Of a stretch of 32,000 nucleotides of DNA, positions 19,175-27,442 are shown piece after piece. The stretch is from Desulfobulbus propionicus DSM 2032 (GTDB taxonomy: Bacteria > Desulfobacterota > Desulfobulbia > Desulfobulbales > Desulfobulbaceae), in assembly GCF_000186885.1 (NCBI RefSeq), contig NC_014972.1, forward strand, positions 1,710,001-1,742,000. The letters are read 5' to 3'. The position numbers were made by a program, and so were the translations under genes. The notes below the pieces were generated by a model. The model made no database searches. It saw only the letters and a list, made by a program, of their open reading frames with translations, and was not told the origin of the DNA. Numbering within the stretch: position 1 is the stretch's first letter; each line of letters starts with the position of its first letter.

Positions 19175-20110
19175 TCAAACAAGGGTAACCGAACCGGGCA
19201 AGAGACTGAGAACGCCGCTGGCGGAATCCATCATTGCTTCCATACCGATGGGCAGGGCCAGGTTGCGTTCCCGGTGGCCCACCGGGACCCGGGCCCAGAT
19301 CGGAAACCCCGGTCCAGCCAGTTCTAACACCCGCGCCCACACCGCCTCCTGCAAGCGGAGATTATCCACTGCATTGCCGCCGGTGTCGAACTCGCCGAGC
19401 AGCAGGCCGGTCAACCCCTGGAGACGTCCGGCCAGGGCCAGTTGGGTCAGCATGCGATCCAGCCGGTAGAGCGGTTCATTGGTGTCTTCCAGCACCAAAA
19501 TGGAGCCTTCCCATGGGATGTCCCAGGGGGTGGCCAGCAGGTGCACCAGGGTGGTGAGGTTGCCGCCCGCCAACCGTCCCCGGCCAGTGCCGCCGCGCAG
19601 GATTTCCAGCCCCTTGGGCTTGATCAGTTCCTCGAAAGAACCGGTGAGCAGGCTAAAGAGCGCGGCCTGATAGGCCGGTTCGCTGCCGGCCAGCGAGGTG
19701 GCCACCGGCCCATGGATGGTGATCAGATTGGCCCGTTGGTGCAGGCTGTTCAGAAGCAGGGTCACGTCGCTGAAACCGGCCAGCCACTTGGGGCGCTGGC
19801 GAAACAGTTCCCAGTCGAGGTGCTCGATCATCCGCAGGCAGCCGTATCCGCCGCGAATGGCGAGGATGGCCTTGACCTCCTCATCGTTCCACAGGGCATG
19901 GAGATGTTCGGCCCGACGGGCATCGTCGTCCGCCAGATAGCCGGCAACCGGCTCGGCTGGGCCGCGCATCTTGACCTTGAATCCCGCCTCTTCGATGACC
20001 TTGATCCCGGCTTGCAGACGGTGCACCTCCCGCACCGGTCCAGCCGGACAGAACAGGCCGATGGCATCGCCGCGTTGCAGCCGGGGGGGCAGAAGAGGCG
20101 CTTCAGGCAT
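19175..20110 (-). CDS. Muramoyltetrapeptide (LD-) carboxypeptidase, peptidase S66 family
   Basis: 311 aa; GDAIGLFCPAGPV, LHALWNDEEVKAILAIRGGYGCLRMIEHLDWELF, GRLAGGNLTTLVHLLATPWD. Confidence 0.92.
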   Translation of the reverse strand: MPEAPLLPPRLQRGDAIGLFCPAGPVREVHRLQAGIKVIEEAGFKVKMRGPAEPVAGYLADDDARRAEHLHALWNDEEVKAILAIRGGYGCLRMIEHLDWELFRQRPKWLAGFSDVTLLLNSLHQRANLITIHGPVATSLAGSEPAYQAALFSLLTGSFEELIKPKGLEILRGGTGRGRLAGGNLTTLVHLLATPWDIPWEGSILVLEDTNEPLYRLDRMLTQLALAGRLQGLTGLLLGEFDTGGNAVDNLRLQEAVWARVLELAGPGFPIWARVPVGHRERNLALPIGMEAMMDSASGVLSLLPGSVTLV

Positions 20111-20903
20111 CTTTGCCCTTGCAGTTGAGGCGGTAGATCAGCTGCAGGCCGGTGAGGGTCAGCTCCGGATCGATCTCGTCGATGGTGTGGGTGTAGGGTT
20201 TGATCAACCCGGCCATGCCGCCGGTGGCAATGGTCTTGGCCCGTTCCTGATTCGGGGTCAACTGGCGGCTCAGCACCTCGACCATGCGGTCGACCAGGCC
20301 GCCGAAGCCGTACAGGGCGCCGCTGTGGATGGCCTTGACCGTGGTGGTGCCGATGGGGTGGTCCGGGGTGACGTCGATGTCCAGCCGGGGCAGCTTGGCG
20401 GTGCGGGTGGCCAGGGCGTCGAGCGAGATGCCGATGCCCGGATGGATGGTGCCGCCGACATAGGCCGGCTGTTCGTTGACGCAGTCAAAGGTGATGGCCG
20501 TGCCGAAGTCGATCACGATCAGTGGCGCCTGAAACCGATCCCAGGCCGCCACAGCATTGACGATCCGGTCCGCCCCGACCTCGGCCGGGTTCTCGGTGGC
20601 CACTTCCATGCCGAGCTTGAGCGTATGGTTGACCGACAGCGGCGGCTGGCGCAGCTTGGTCAGGTAGCTGCGGGCAAAGTGGAGCCAGCTGGTCTCCAGG
20701 ATGGGCACCACCGAGGCGATGATGAAGCCGGTGATCCGGTCCGGATTGATGCCCGCCATCTGGAAGAGGCCGTGGTAGCGGATGGCCAGCTCGTCGGCGG
20801 TGCGGTCCTGACGCGACTGCAGCCGCCAGTTGCCCATCAGTTGACCTTTTTCGAAAATACCGCTGACGGTATGGGAGTTTCCGACATCCACGGCTAGAAG
20901 CAT
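20103..20903 (-). CDS. coaX: Type III pantothenate kinase
   Basis: 266 aa; MLLAVDVGNSHTVSGIFEKGQLMGNWRLQS, VGADRIVNAVAAWDRFQAPLIVIDFGTAITFDCVN, YVGGTIHPGIGISLDAL. Confidence 0.95.
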   Translation of the reverse strand: MLLAVDVGNSHTVSGIFEKGQLMGNWRLQSRQDRTADELAIRYHGLFQMAGINPDRITGFIIASVVPILETSWLHFARSYLTKLRQPPLSVNHTLKLGMEVATENPAEVGADRIVNAVAAWDRFQAPLIVIDFGTAITFDCVNEQPAYVGGTIHPGIGISLDALATRTAKLPRLDIDVTPDHPIGTTTVKAIHSGALYGFGGLVDRMVEVLSRQLTPNQERAKTIATGGMAGLIKPYTHTIDEIDPELTLTGLQLIYRLNCKGKDA

Positions 20904-21043
20904 GGCATCACCTGTTCGGGTTGGAAGGAAAACGCTGTGGTTTGTTTTTTTGCAAAGCGCTGGTAAAATAGCCGAATTTGTCCAATTAATCCAGTCCGAG
21001 CTGGAACCTCAAGGCGTGTTGCCCGATTTTCAAGGAGAAAACC

Positions 21044-21373
21044 ATGACCCCCTACATCCAGGTAGTGACCACCGTGGCCGACCGGACCGTTGCCGAGCGG
21101 TTGGCCGCCCATCTGCTCGAACAGCGGCTCGCGGCCTGCGTCCAGATCACCCCGTGTACCTCCTGGTACCGCTGGCAGGGGGCGATCGAGCAGGGCGAGG
21201 AGATGGTCTGTACCGTCAAATCGCGCCGTGATCTCTTTCCCGAGCTGTGCCGTGCCGTCCGTGCCCTGCATCCCTACGAGGTGCCGGAGATCCTGGCCTC
21301 GCCGGTGGTGGACGGCGGCGAGAGTTATCTCCACTGGCTGGAGCAGGAACTGCGCCCGGCCAAGGAGGACTAA
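21044..21373 (+). CDS. cutA: Divalent-cation tolerance protein CutA
   Basis: 109 aa; MTPYIQVVTTVADRTVAERLAAHLLEQRLAACVQITPCTSWYRWQGAIEQGEEM...ALHPYEVPEILASPV. Confidence 0.95.
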   Translation: MTPYIQVVTTVADRTVAERLAAHLLEQRLAACVQITPCTSWYRWQGAIEQGEEMVCTVKSRRDLFPELCRAVRALHPYEVPEILASPVVDGGESYLHWLEQELRPAKED

Positions 21374-21377
21374 GCCC

Positions 21378-21581
21378 ATGAGCGAGGACAAAAAAAAACC
21401 ACGCGGCCGCCGCAAGAAAGAGTTCCGCTGCCACTGCTGCAAACAGGAAAAGCCCTTCTGCTGGAGCTGCACCTGCGGCTTTCAGATCTGCCCCGACTGC
21501 TTCGAGGAAAACAAGTGGGGCATCAGCAACGGCCCCACCTGGGTCTGCCCCGACTGTGAGCGGGTGCATATAATGGAGTGA
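21378..21581 (+). CDS. Small cysteine-rich putative zinc-binding protein
   Basis: 67 aa, MSEDKKKPRGRRKKEFRCHCCKQEKPFCWSCTCGFQICPDCFEENKWGISNGPTWVCPDCERVHIME; starts 5 nt after cutA stop with ggaggacta upstream. Confidence 0.8.
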   Translation: MSEDKKKPRGRRKKEFRCHCCKQEKPFCWSCTCGFQICPDCFEENKWGISNGPTWVCPDCERVHIME

Positions 21582-21622
21582 GGTTTTCGGAAGAGAGGCT
21601 GTATCTTCCGGGTTGTGAGACG

Positions 21623-21670
21623 GGACGCTGGAGCGTCCAAAAGGCGTTCCCACGCTGGAGCGTGGGAACG
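21623..21670. repeat. REP-type palindrome doublet (site A)
   Basis: ggacgct-gg-agcgtcc (21623-21638) and cgttcccacgct-gg-agcgtgggaacg (21645-21670), both perfect inverted repeats. Confidence 0.85.
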
Positions 21671-21699
21671 ATCAAAATAGAAGTGATCAAGGAGCGTGT

Positions 21700-22770
21700 G
21701 TGGTGAGTAACGGGAAAGAATCCCAAGCAATGCTGGCGGTCCTCATTGATGCGGATAATGCGCAACCGTCTGTAACAGACGCGTTGATGGCTGAAATTGC
21801 CAAATATGGAATTGCGAGCGTCAAGCGCATCTATGGTGACTGGACTACTCCGCATTTAGTTGGGTGGAAATCTATCGTCCTAGAATATTCCATTCAACCC
21901 ATCCAGCAATTTCGTTACACTACCGGTAAGAACGCCACCGACAGCGCCATGATTATAGATGCGATGGATTTACTGTACACTAGGAGGTTTACGGGGTTTT
22001 GTTTGGTATCAAGCGATAGCGATTTTACACGTTTGGCTTCACGAATTCGCGAGGAAGGTTTTCCTGTATATGGATTTGGGGAGCGAAAAACGCCTCAAGC
22101 TTTTGTGTCAGCCTGCGATAAATTCATCTACACCGAAGTGCTGTGTACCGAAGAGCACGAATTATCCTCTGGCCACGCATATATCCGTGTCCCGGAAACC
22201 ACGAATGCATTAAAAGGCGACGCCAAGTTAGTCAATCTCATGAGACGAGCGATTGAAGCAGCGTCTGATGAAAATGGATGGGCACTATTAAGCGGGGTGG
22301 GGACGAATATTGCCAAACAATCACCTGAATTTGATCCCCGAAACTACGGTTACACTAAACTCGGTGAACTCGTTAAAGCCATGCAGTTATTTGAAATCGA
22401 GAAACGCGGCAATCGAGGTAACCAATCAACGGTTATCTATATCCGCGATCAGCGAAAAAAACGACTGCCTGAGACGCCCTCACTATCAATAGATCCGGTT
22501 TTTGTGAAACACTGGGATCAGTTTTTTGCCCGCTACAACGAAGGTGACAGCTTGGATGGAGTCATTGAAAAGATTACTCCTTTTTTGGGACTATTTATCA
22601 CCATGCCAATCCAAGGATTAAAAGGACTCCTTCATAAATCCAACCTTCCTGAGGACTTTCTGACACGTTTTAAGATCGGTCAAACGATATCCGTAACGAT
22701 TAAAGCAATCCGAAAAGAGAAGTATCAGGTTGAACTGCAAAGAAATCCGTCATTATGCGAGGAGGATTGA
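21700..22770 (+). CDS. NYN (PIN-like) domain / OST-HTH (LOTUS) protein with C-terminal S1-like segment
   Basis: 356 aa, GTG start after aaggag. LIDADNAQPSVTDALMAEIAKYG, KNATDSAMIIDAMDLLY, FCLVSSDSDFTRLASRIREEGFPVYGFGERKTP; KLVNLMRRAIEAA..GWALLSGVGTNIAKQSPEFDPRNYGYTKLGELVKA; C-terminal FKIGQTISVTIKAIRKEKYQVEL. Confidence 0.85.
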   Translation: MVSNGKESQAMLAVLIDADNAQPSVTDALMAEIAKYGIASVKRIYGDWTTPHLVGWKSIVLEYSIQPIQQFRYTTGKNATDSAMIIDAMDLLYTRRFTGFCLVSSDSDFTRLASRIREEGFPVYGFGERKTPQAFVSACDKFIYTEVLCTEEHELSSGHAYIRVPETTNALKGDAKLVNLMRRAIEAASDENGWALLSGVGTNIAKQSPEFDPRNYGYTKLGELVKAMQLFEIEKRGNRGNQSTVIYIRDQRKKRLPETPSLSIDPVFVKHWDQFFARYNEGDSLDGVIEKITPFLGLFITMPIQGLKGLLHKSNLPEDFLTRFKIGQTISVTIKAIRKEKYQVELQRNPSLCEED

Positions 22771-22771
22771 T

Positions 22772-22794
22772 CGTTCCCACGCTCCAGCGTCCCC
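22772..22794. repeat. REP-type palindrome, imperfect/collapsed (site B)
   Basis: cgttcccacgctccagcgtcccc begins directly after the NYN stop codon. Confidence 0.7.
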
Positions 22795-22811
22795 GTTGAA
22801 AGAGAAAACCC

Positions 22812-23345
22812 ATGGCCAGAAGCCGCTACGTGATCCTGGAGCCGGACAAACCCCATTTTCTGACCTGCACGGTTGTCGAGTGGCTGCCTGTCTTCACCCG
22901 TCCGGATGCGGTGCGGATCCTCCTGGAAAGCTGGTCTCGTCAACGGGCAAACGCTGGGTTGCGGCTCTACGGCTACGTGATTCTGGAAAACCACCTGCAC
23001 TTCGTGGCCCAGGCCCCGCGTCTGGACAAGTGTCTGCACAGCTTCAAGTCCTTCACCGCCGCCCGGCTGATCGAGCTGCTGGAGGCGCACCGGGCGGAGC
23101 GGCTGCTGGCTCGCCTGCGACTGGCGAAACGGGCGCACAAGCACGACCGGCAATACCAGTTCTGGCAGGAAGGCTCCCATGCCGAACTGATTGTCAGCGA
23201 ACCGGTGCTGCGGGAAAAGCTGGAATATGTCCATCACAACCCGGTGAAACGGGGATACGTGGACCTGCCCGAGCATTGGCGGTATTCGAGTGCGCGGAAT
23301 TATCTCGGACAGCCGGGTTTGATCGAAATCGATCCGTGGTTCTGA
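22812..23345 (+). mobile_element. REP-associated tyrosine transposase (RAYT, Y1/IS200-like)
   Basis: 177 aa; LTCTVVEWLPVFTRPD, YGYVILENHLHFVAQAP (HxH), YVHHNPVKRGYVDLPEHWRYSSARNY; flanked by REP palindromes. Confidence 0.93.
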
Positions 23346-23353
23346 ACGGAAAG

Positions 23354-23401
23354 GGACGCTCCAGCGTCCGGGATGCGTCCCCCCGCTGGAGCGGGGGAAC
23401 G
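23354..23401. repeat. REP-type palindrome doublet (site C)
   Basis: ggacgct-cc-agcgtcc (23354-23369) and cgtccccccgct-gg-agcgggggaacg (23376-23401, one mismatch). Confidence 0.85.
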
Positions 23402-23538
23402 ATCAACGCGATCTAACCGTAAGCAACATCCTGCCGGTATCTCCGTGATCATCCGCCCAGGGCATCATTCACCGTTTACCTTTCGCCAAGAACCTGCTAT
23501 TCACCTACCCACCTATCCACTTCTACCTCGAATCACCC

Positions 23539-25371
23539 ATGACCGAACATCAGTACGACGAATCCAAGATCAAGACGCTCAGTTCGCTGGAGCACATCCG
23601 CAAGCGGCCGGGCATGTACATCGGCCGCCTCGGCGACGGCTCCCATCCGGATGACGGCATCTATATCCTGCTCAAGGAGATCCTGGACAACGCGGTCGAC
23701 GAGTTCATCATGGGCCACGGCAAGCGGATCGATATCCATATCGGCGAGGACGGCCTCTGCCGGGTACGCGACTACGGCCGCGGCATTCCGCTGGGCAAGG
23801 TGGTGGAGTGTGTGTCGGTGATCAACACCGGCGCCAAGTACAACACCGAGGTGTTCCAATTTTCGGTCGGTCTCAACGGCGTGGGGACCAAGGCGGTCAA
23901 CGCCCTCTCGAGCCACTTCACGGTCACTGCCTTCCGCGACGGCCGGTACAAGACCGCCGTCTTTGCCCAAGGGCTATTGCAACGCGAGGAAGAAGGCGAG
24001 ACCACGGAGAAGAACGGCACCCTGATCGAGTTTCTCCCCGACAGCGAAAGTTTCCCCGGCTTTCGCTTCGATCCCCAGTATGTCGACCAGCGACTGTGGC
24101 GCTACGCCTATCTCAACGCGGGGCTGAGCCTTTATCTGGATCGCGATCTCTATCTGTCCAAAAACGGCCTGCTCGATCTCCTGGATCGCGAGGTGAGCAG
24201 CGAACGGATCTATCCGCCGATCCATTTCGTCGACAAATCGATCGAATTTGCCTTCACCCACACCGACGACTACGGCGAGTCCTACTTCTCGTTTGTCAAC
24301 GGTACCTACACCAGCGAGGGCGGCACCCATCTGTCCGCCTTCCGTGAGGGCATTCTCAAGGGCATCAACGAGTTCACCGGCAAGAAGTTCAACGGTCTGG
24401 ACGTGCGCGACGGCATTGTCGGCATCCTGGCGGTCAAGGTCCAGGAGCCGGTGTTCGAGTCGCAAACCAAGAACAAGCTGGGCAACACCGACATTCGTGG
24501 CCCCATTGTCAACGCGGTTAAGGATGCGGTGGCCACCCACCTGTACAAGTTTCCGGAGACGGCCGAAGTCTTGGTCGACAAGGTGCAGCGCAACGAGCGG
24601 GTGCGGCGGGAGTTGCAGTCGGTGCGCCGCGACGCCAAGGCCAAGGCCAAGAAGATCGCCTTCAAGATCCCGCAGCTCAAGGACTGCAAGTACCACCCAT
24701 CGCGCGGCCAGGCCTCCAAGCCGGGCCGGGAGAACATGCTCTTCATCACCGAGGGCCAGAGTGCCGCCGGCTCGATCGTCAGCGCCCGCGACCCCATGAC
24801 CCAAGCGGTGTTCAGCCTCAAGGGCAAGCCGATGAACGTGCTCGGCCAGCGGCTCGACGTGCTTTACAAGAACGAGGAGATGTACTCCTTGATGCAGGCC
24901 CTCAACATCGAGGACTCGATCGCCGATCTCCGTTACGACAAGGTCATCCTGGCCACCGACGCCGACGTCGACGGCCTCCATATCCGCAACCTGCTGCTGA
25001 CCTTTTTCCTCCACTACTTCGAGCAGCTGATCAAACAGGAGCGGGTCTATATTTTGGAGACGCCGATCTTCCGGGTGCGCAACAAGGAAAAGACCTTTTA
25101 CTGCTATTCCGATCGCGACATGGACGAGGCCATCACCGCGCTCAAGGTCAAGAGCAAGGCCGACCGGGCGGTGGAAACCACCCGCTTTAAGGGGCTGGGC
25201 GAGATTTCGCCCCCCGAATTCAAGCAGTTCATCGGCCAGGATATGCGGCTGCGGCAGGTGCGGCTTGATCGTCTCAGCGAGGTCAGCCGGGTGCTCAAGT
25301 TCTACATGGGCAAGAACACGCCGGAGCGCAAACAATACATCATGGACCACCTGATCGTGAGGCCGGTATGA
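23539..25371 (+). CDS. parE: Type IIA topoisomerase subunit B (topoisomerase IV ParE-like)
   Basis: 610 aa; LEHIRKRPGMYIG, EILDNAVDEF, VGLNGVGTKAVNALS, FITEGQSAAGSIVSARDPMTQAVFSLKGKPMN, LATDADVDGLHIRNLL. Confidence 0.92.
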   Translation: MTEHQYDESKIKTLSSLEHIRKRPGMYIGRLGDGSHPDDGIYILLKEILDNAVDEFIMGHGKRIDIHIGEDGLCRVRDYGRGIPLGKVVECVSVINTGAKYNTEVFQFSVGLNGVGTKAVNALSSHFTVTAFRDGRYKTAVFAQGLLQREEEGETTEKNGTLIEFLPDSESFPGFRFDPQYVDQRLWRYAYLNAGLSLYLDRDLYLSKNGLLDLLDREVSSERIYPPIHFVDKSIEFAFTHTDDYGESYFSFVNGTYTSEGGTHLSAFREGILKGINEFTGKKFNGLDVRDGIVGILAVKVQEPVFESQTKNKLGNTDIRGPIVNAVKDAVATHLYKFPETAEVLVDKVQRNERVRRELQSVRRDAKAKAKKIAFKIPQLKDCKYHPSRGQASKPGRENMLFITEGQSAAGSIVSARDPMTQAVFSLKGKPMNVLGQRLDVLYKNEEMYSLMQALNIEDSIADLRYDKVILATDADVDGLHIRNLLLTFFLHYFEQLIKQERVYILETPIFRVRNKEKTFYCYSDRDMDEAITALKVKSKADRAVETTRFKGLGEISPPEFKQFIGQDMRLRQVRLDRLSEVSRVLKFYMGKNTPERKQYIMDHLIVRPV

Positions 25372-27380
25372 GCGAAACCACCGAGCAGCCGCGCGGCAAG
25401 CTCCATCAACTGTTCGATACCAATTTTCTCGACTACACCTCCTACGTGATCCGCGAGCGGGCCATCCCGGATGTGGACGACGGCCTCAAGCCGGTGCAGC
25501 GACGCATCCTCCAAACGCTCGCCAACATGGACGACGGCCGTTTCCACAAGGTGGCCAACGTGGTCGGCGAAACCATGAAGCTCCATCCACACGGCGATCA
25601 ATCGATCTTCGATGCCTTGGTCAACCTGGCCAACAAGGGCTATCTGATTGACCGCCAGGGCAACTTCGGCAACATCTTCACCGGCGACCAGGCCTCGGCG
25701 CCGCGTTACATCGAGTGCCGATTGTCGCCGCTGGCGCGCGAAACCCTGTTCAACAAGGACCTGACCGAGTTCATCGACTCCTACGACGGCCGCATGCAGG
25801 AGCCGGTACGGCTGCCGGCCAAGATCCCGCTGCTGCTGCTCTTGGGTGCGGAAGGCATTGCCGTGGGCATGGCCACCAAGATCATGCCGCACAACTTCGG
25901 CGAGCTGCTCCAGGCCCAGATCGATTACCTGCGCGGCCAGGAATTTGTGCTCTATCCGGATTTTCCCCGCGGCGGCATCATTGATGTCGCCGATTACAAC
26001 CACGGCAACGGCCGTATCCGCTGCCGGGCCAAGCTGGAACAGCCGGATTCCAAAACCATCGTCATCACCGAGCTGCCCTACAATCTCACCACCCAAGCCC
26101 TGATCGAGTCGATCGAGAAGGCGGCCAAGGCGAACAAGCTCAAGATTGCCTCGATCAACGACTACACTGCCGAAAAGGTCGAAGTCGAGATCAAGCTGGC
26201 GCGAGGGGTGCTCGCGGAGGAGACCATCGACGCCCTCTACGCCTTCACCGACTGCGAGCTGAGCGTTTCGCCCAGCCTGGTGACCATTGTCGACAACATG
26301 CCGCGACAGATGGCGGTCGAGGAGGTCCTGCGGCGCAACACCGACCGGCTGGTGGCCAACCTGGAGCGCGAACTGCAGATCGAATTGGGACGGCTGGAGG
26401 ACAAGTGGCACGCGCGTAAGCTGGAGCAGATCTTCATCGAGGAGCGGCTCTACAAGCAGATCGAGGAGAAGACCAATTACAAGGAGGTGCAGGCCACGGT
26501 CCGCGACTCGTTGCTCCCCTTTGCCAACGAACTCAAGCGCAAGATCACGCCCGAGGACGTTGAGCGGCTGCTGGAGATCAAGATTCGCCGTATCTCGCGC
26601 TATGACATCAATCGCCAGCAGAAGGAACTGCGCGACATCGAGAAGCAGATCGGTCAGATCAAGAAGCACCTGACCGACATGATCGGCTTCACCGTTGCCT
26701 ACCTCGGGGAACTGGCAGCCAAGTACGGGTCGCAATTTCCACGAGCTAGCGAGCTGCGCGCCTTTGACGAGGTCGATGCCCGCGCTGCGGCCCTGTCCAA
26801 TCTCACCGTCGGCTACCACCGCGAATCAGGCTTTCTTGGTCACAAGATCAAGGCTGAGGACGAGGCGCATGACCTGGATTGTGCCTGTTCCGAGTACGAC
26901 CGGCTCTTGCTGATCTTCAAGGACGGCCTCTACAAGGTGATCCATGTGCCGGACAAGCTGTTTGTCGGGCCCGACCTGTACTGGCTGGGGGTGGTGAAGA
27001 ACGATCTGGTGTTCAACCTGATTTATCGCCACGGCCCGGAGAACCTGGCCTATGTCAAACGCTTCGCCACGCCCAAGTTCATCCTCGGCCGGGACTACCG
27101 GCTGTTCGAGGCGGACAAGCGATCCGCCATCCTGCTGTTGCTGCTCGGCAAGGAGGGGTTGCGGGTGCGGGCCAGCTTGGCGCCGTCGGCCCGGGCCAAG
27201 TACAACGCGGTGGAAATCGAACTCGACGAGGTGCTGATCAAGGGCGTGAGCGCCAAAGGCAAGCGTATTGCCAACCGGGCCGTGCGCCGGGTGACCGACA
27301 TCACCGGCACCCCCAAAAAAGCGCCGGTCAGTCCGCTGGAACTGCCGGGTTTCGGTGGTGGCAGCGGGGAGAAAGAATAG
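25368..27380 (+). CDS. parC: Type IIA topoisomerase subunit A (topoisomerase IV ParC-like)
   Basis: 670 aa; SYVIRERAIPDVDDGLKPVQRRILQTL, VGETMKLHPHGDQSIFDALVNLAN, GNFGNIFTGDQASAPRYIECRLSPLA; ATGA overlap with parE. Confidence 0.92.
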   Translation: MSETTEQPRGKLHQLFDTNFLDYTSYVIRERAIPDVDDGLKPVQRRILQTLANMDDGRFHKVANVVGETMKLHPHGDQSIFDALVNLANKGYLIDRQGNFGNIFTGDQASAPRYIECRLSPLARETLFNKDLTEFIDSYDGRMQEPVRLPAKIPLLLLLGAEGIAVGMATKIMPHNFGELLQAQIDYLRGQEFVLYPDFPRGGIIDVADYNHGNGRIRCRAKLEQPDSKTIVITELPYNLTTQALIESIEKAAKANKLKIASINDYTAEKVEVEIKLARGVLAEETIDALYAFTDCELSVSPSLVTIVDNMPRQMAVEEVLRRNTDRLVANLERELQIELGRLEDKWHARKLEQIFIEERLYKQIEEKTNYKEVQATVRDSLLPFANELKRKITPEDVERLLEIKIRRISRYDINRQQKELRDIEKQIGQIKKHLTDMIGFTVAYLGELAAKYGSQFPRASELRAFDEVDARAAALSNLTVGYHRESGFLGHKIKAEDEAHDLDCACSEYDRLLLIFKDGLYKVIHVPDKLFVGPDLYWLGVVKNDLVFNLIYRHGPENLAYVKRFATPKFILGRDYRLFEADKRSAILLLLLGKEGLRVRASLAPSARAKYNAVEIELDEVLIKGVSAKGKRIANRAVRRVTDITGTPKKAPVSPLELPGFGGGSGEKE

Positions 27381-27442
27381 GTGATGTGCTGTCGTTCCAA
27401 TCAACAGGCAGGTATCAGAAAGATTTCTAAAGGAGATCGTTC

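Noticed and set aside
21623-23401. CRISPR array
   Set aside because: The short palindromic units are only a few, irregularly spaced and adjacent to a RAYT; they fit REP elements, not CRISPR repeats with uniform spacers.
23402-23538. Short near-repeats cacctacccacctatccacttctacc upstream of parE
   Set aside because: Too short and degenerate to be called a repeat element; likely ordinary leader sequence.
23974-25350. 458-aa minus-strand ORF (and 25302..26819 minus, 505 aa)
   Set aside because: Antisense to parE and parC respectively, whose sense-frame motifs are unambiguous.
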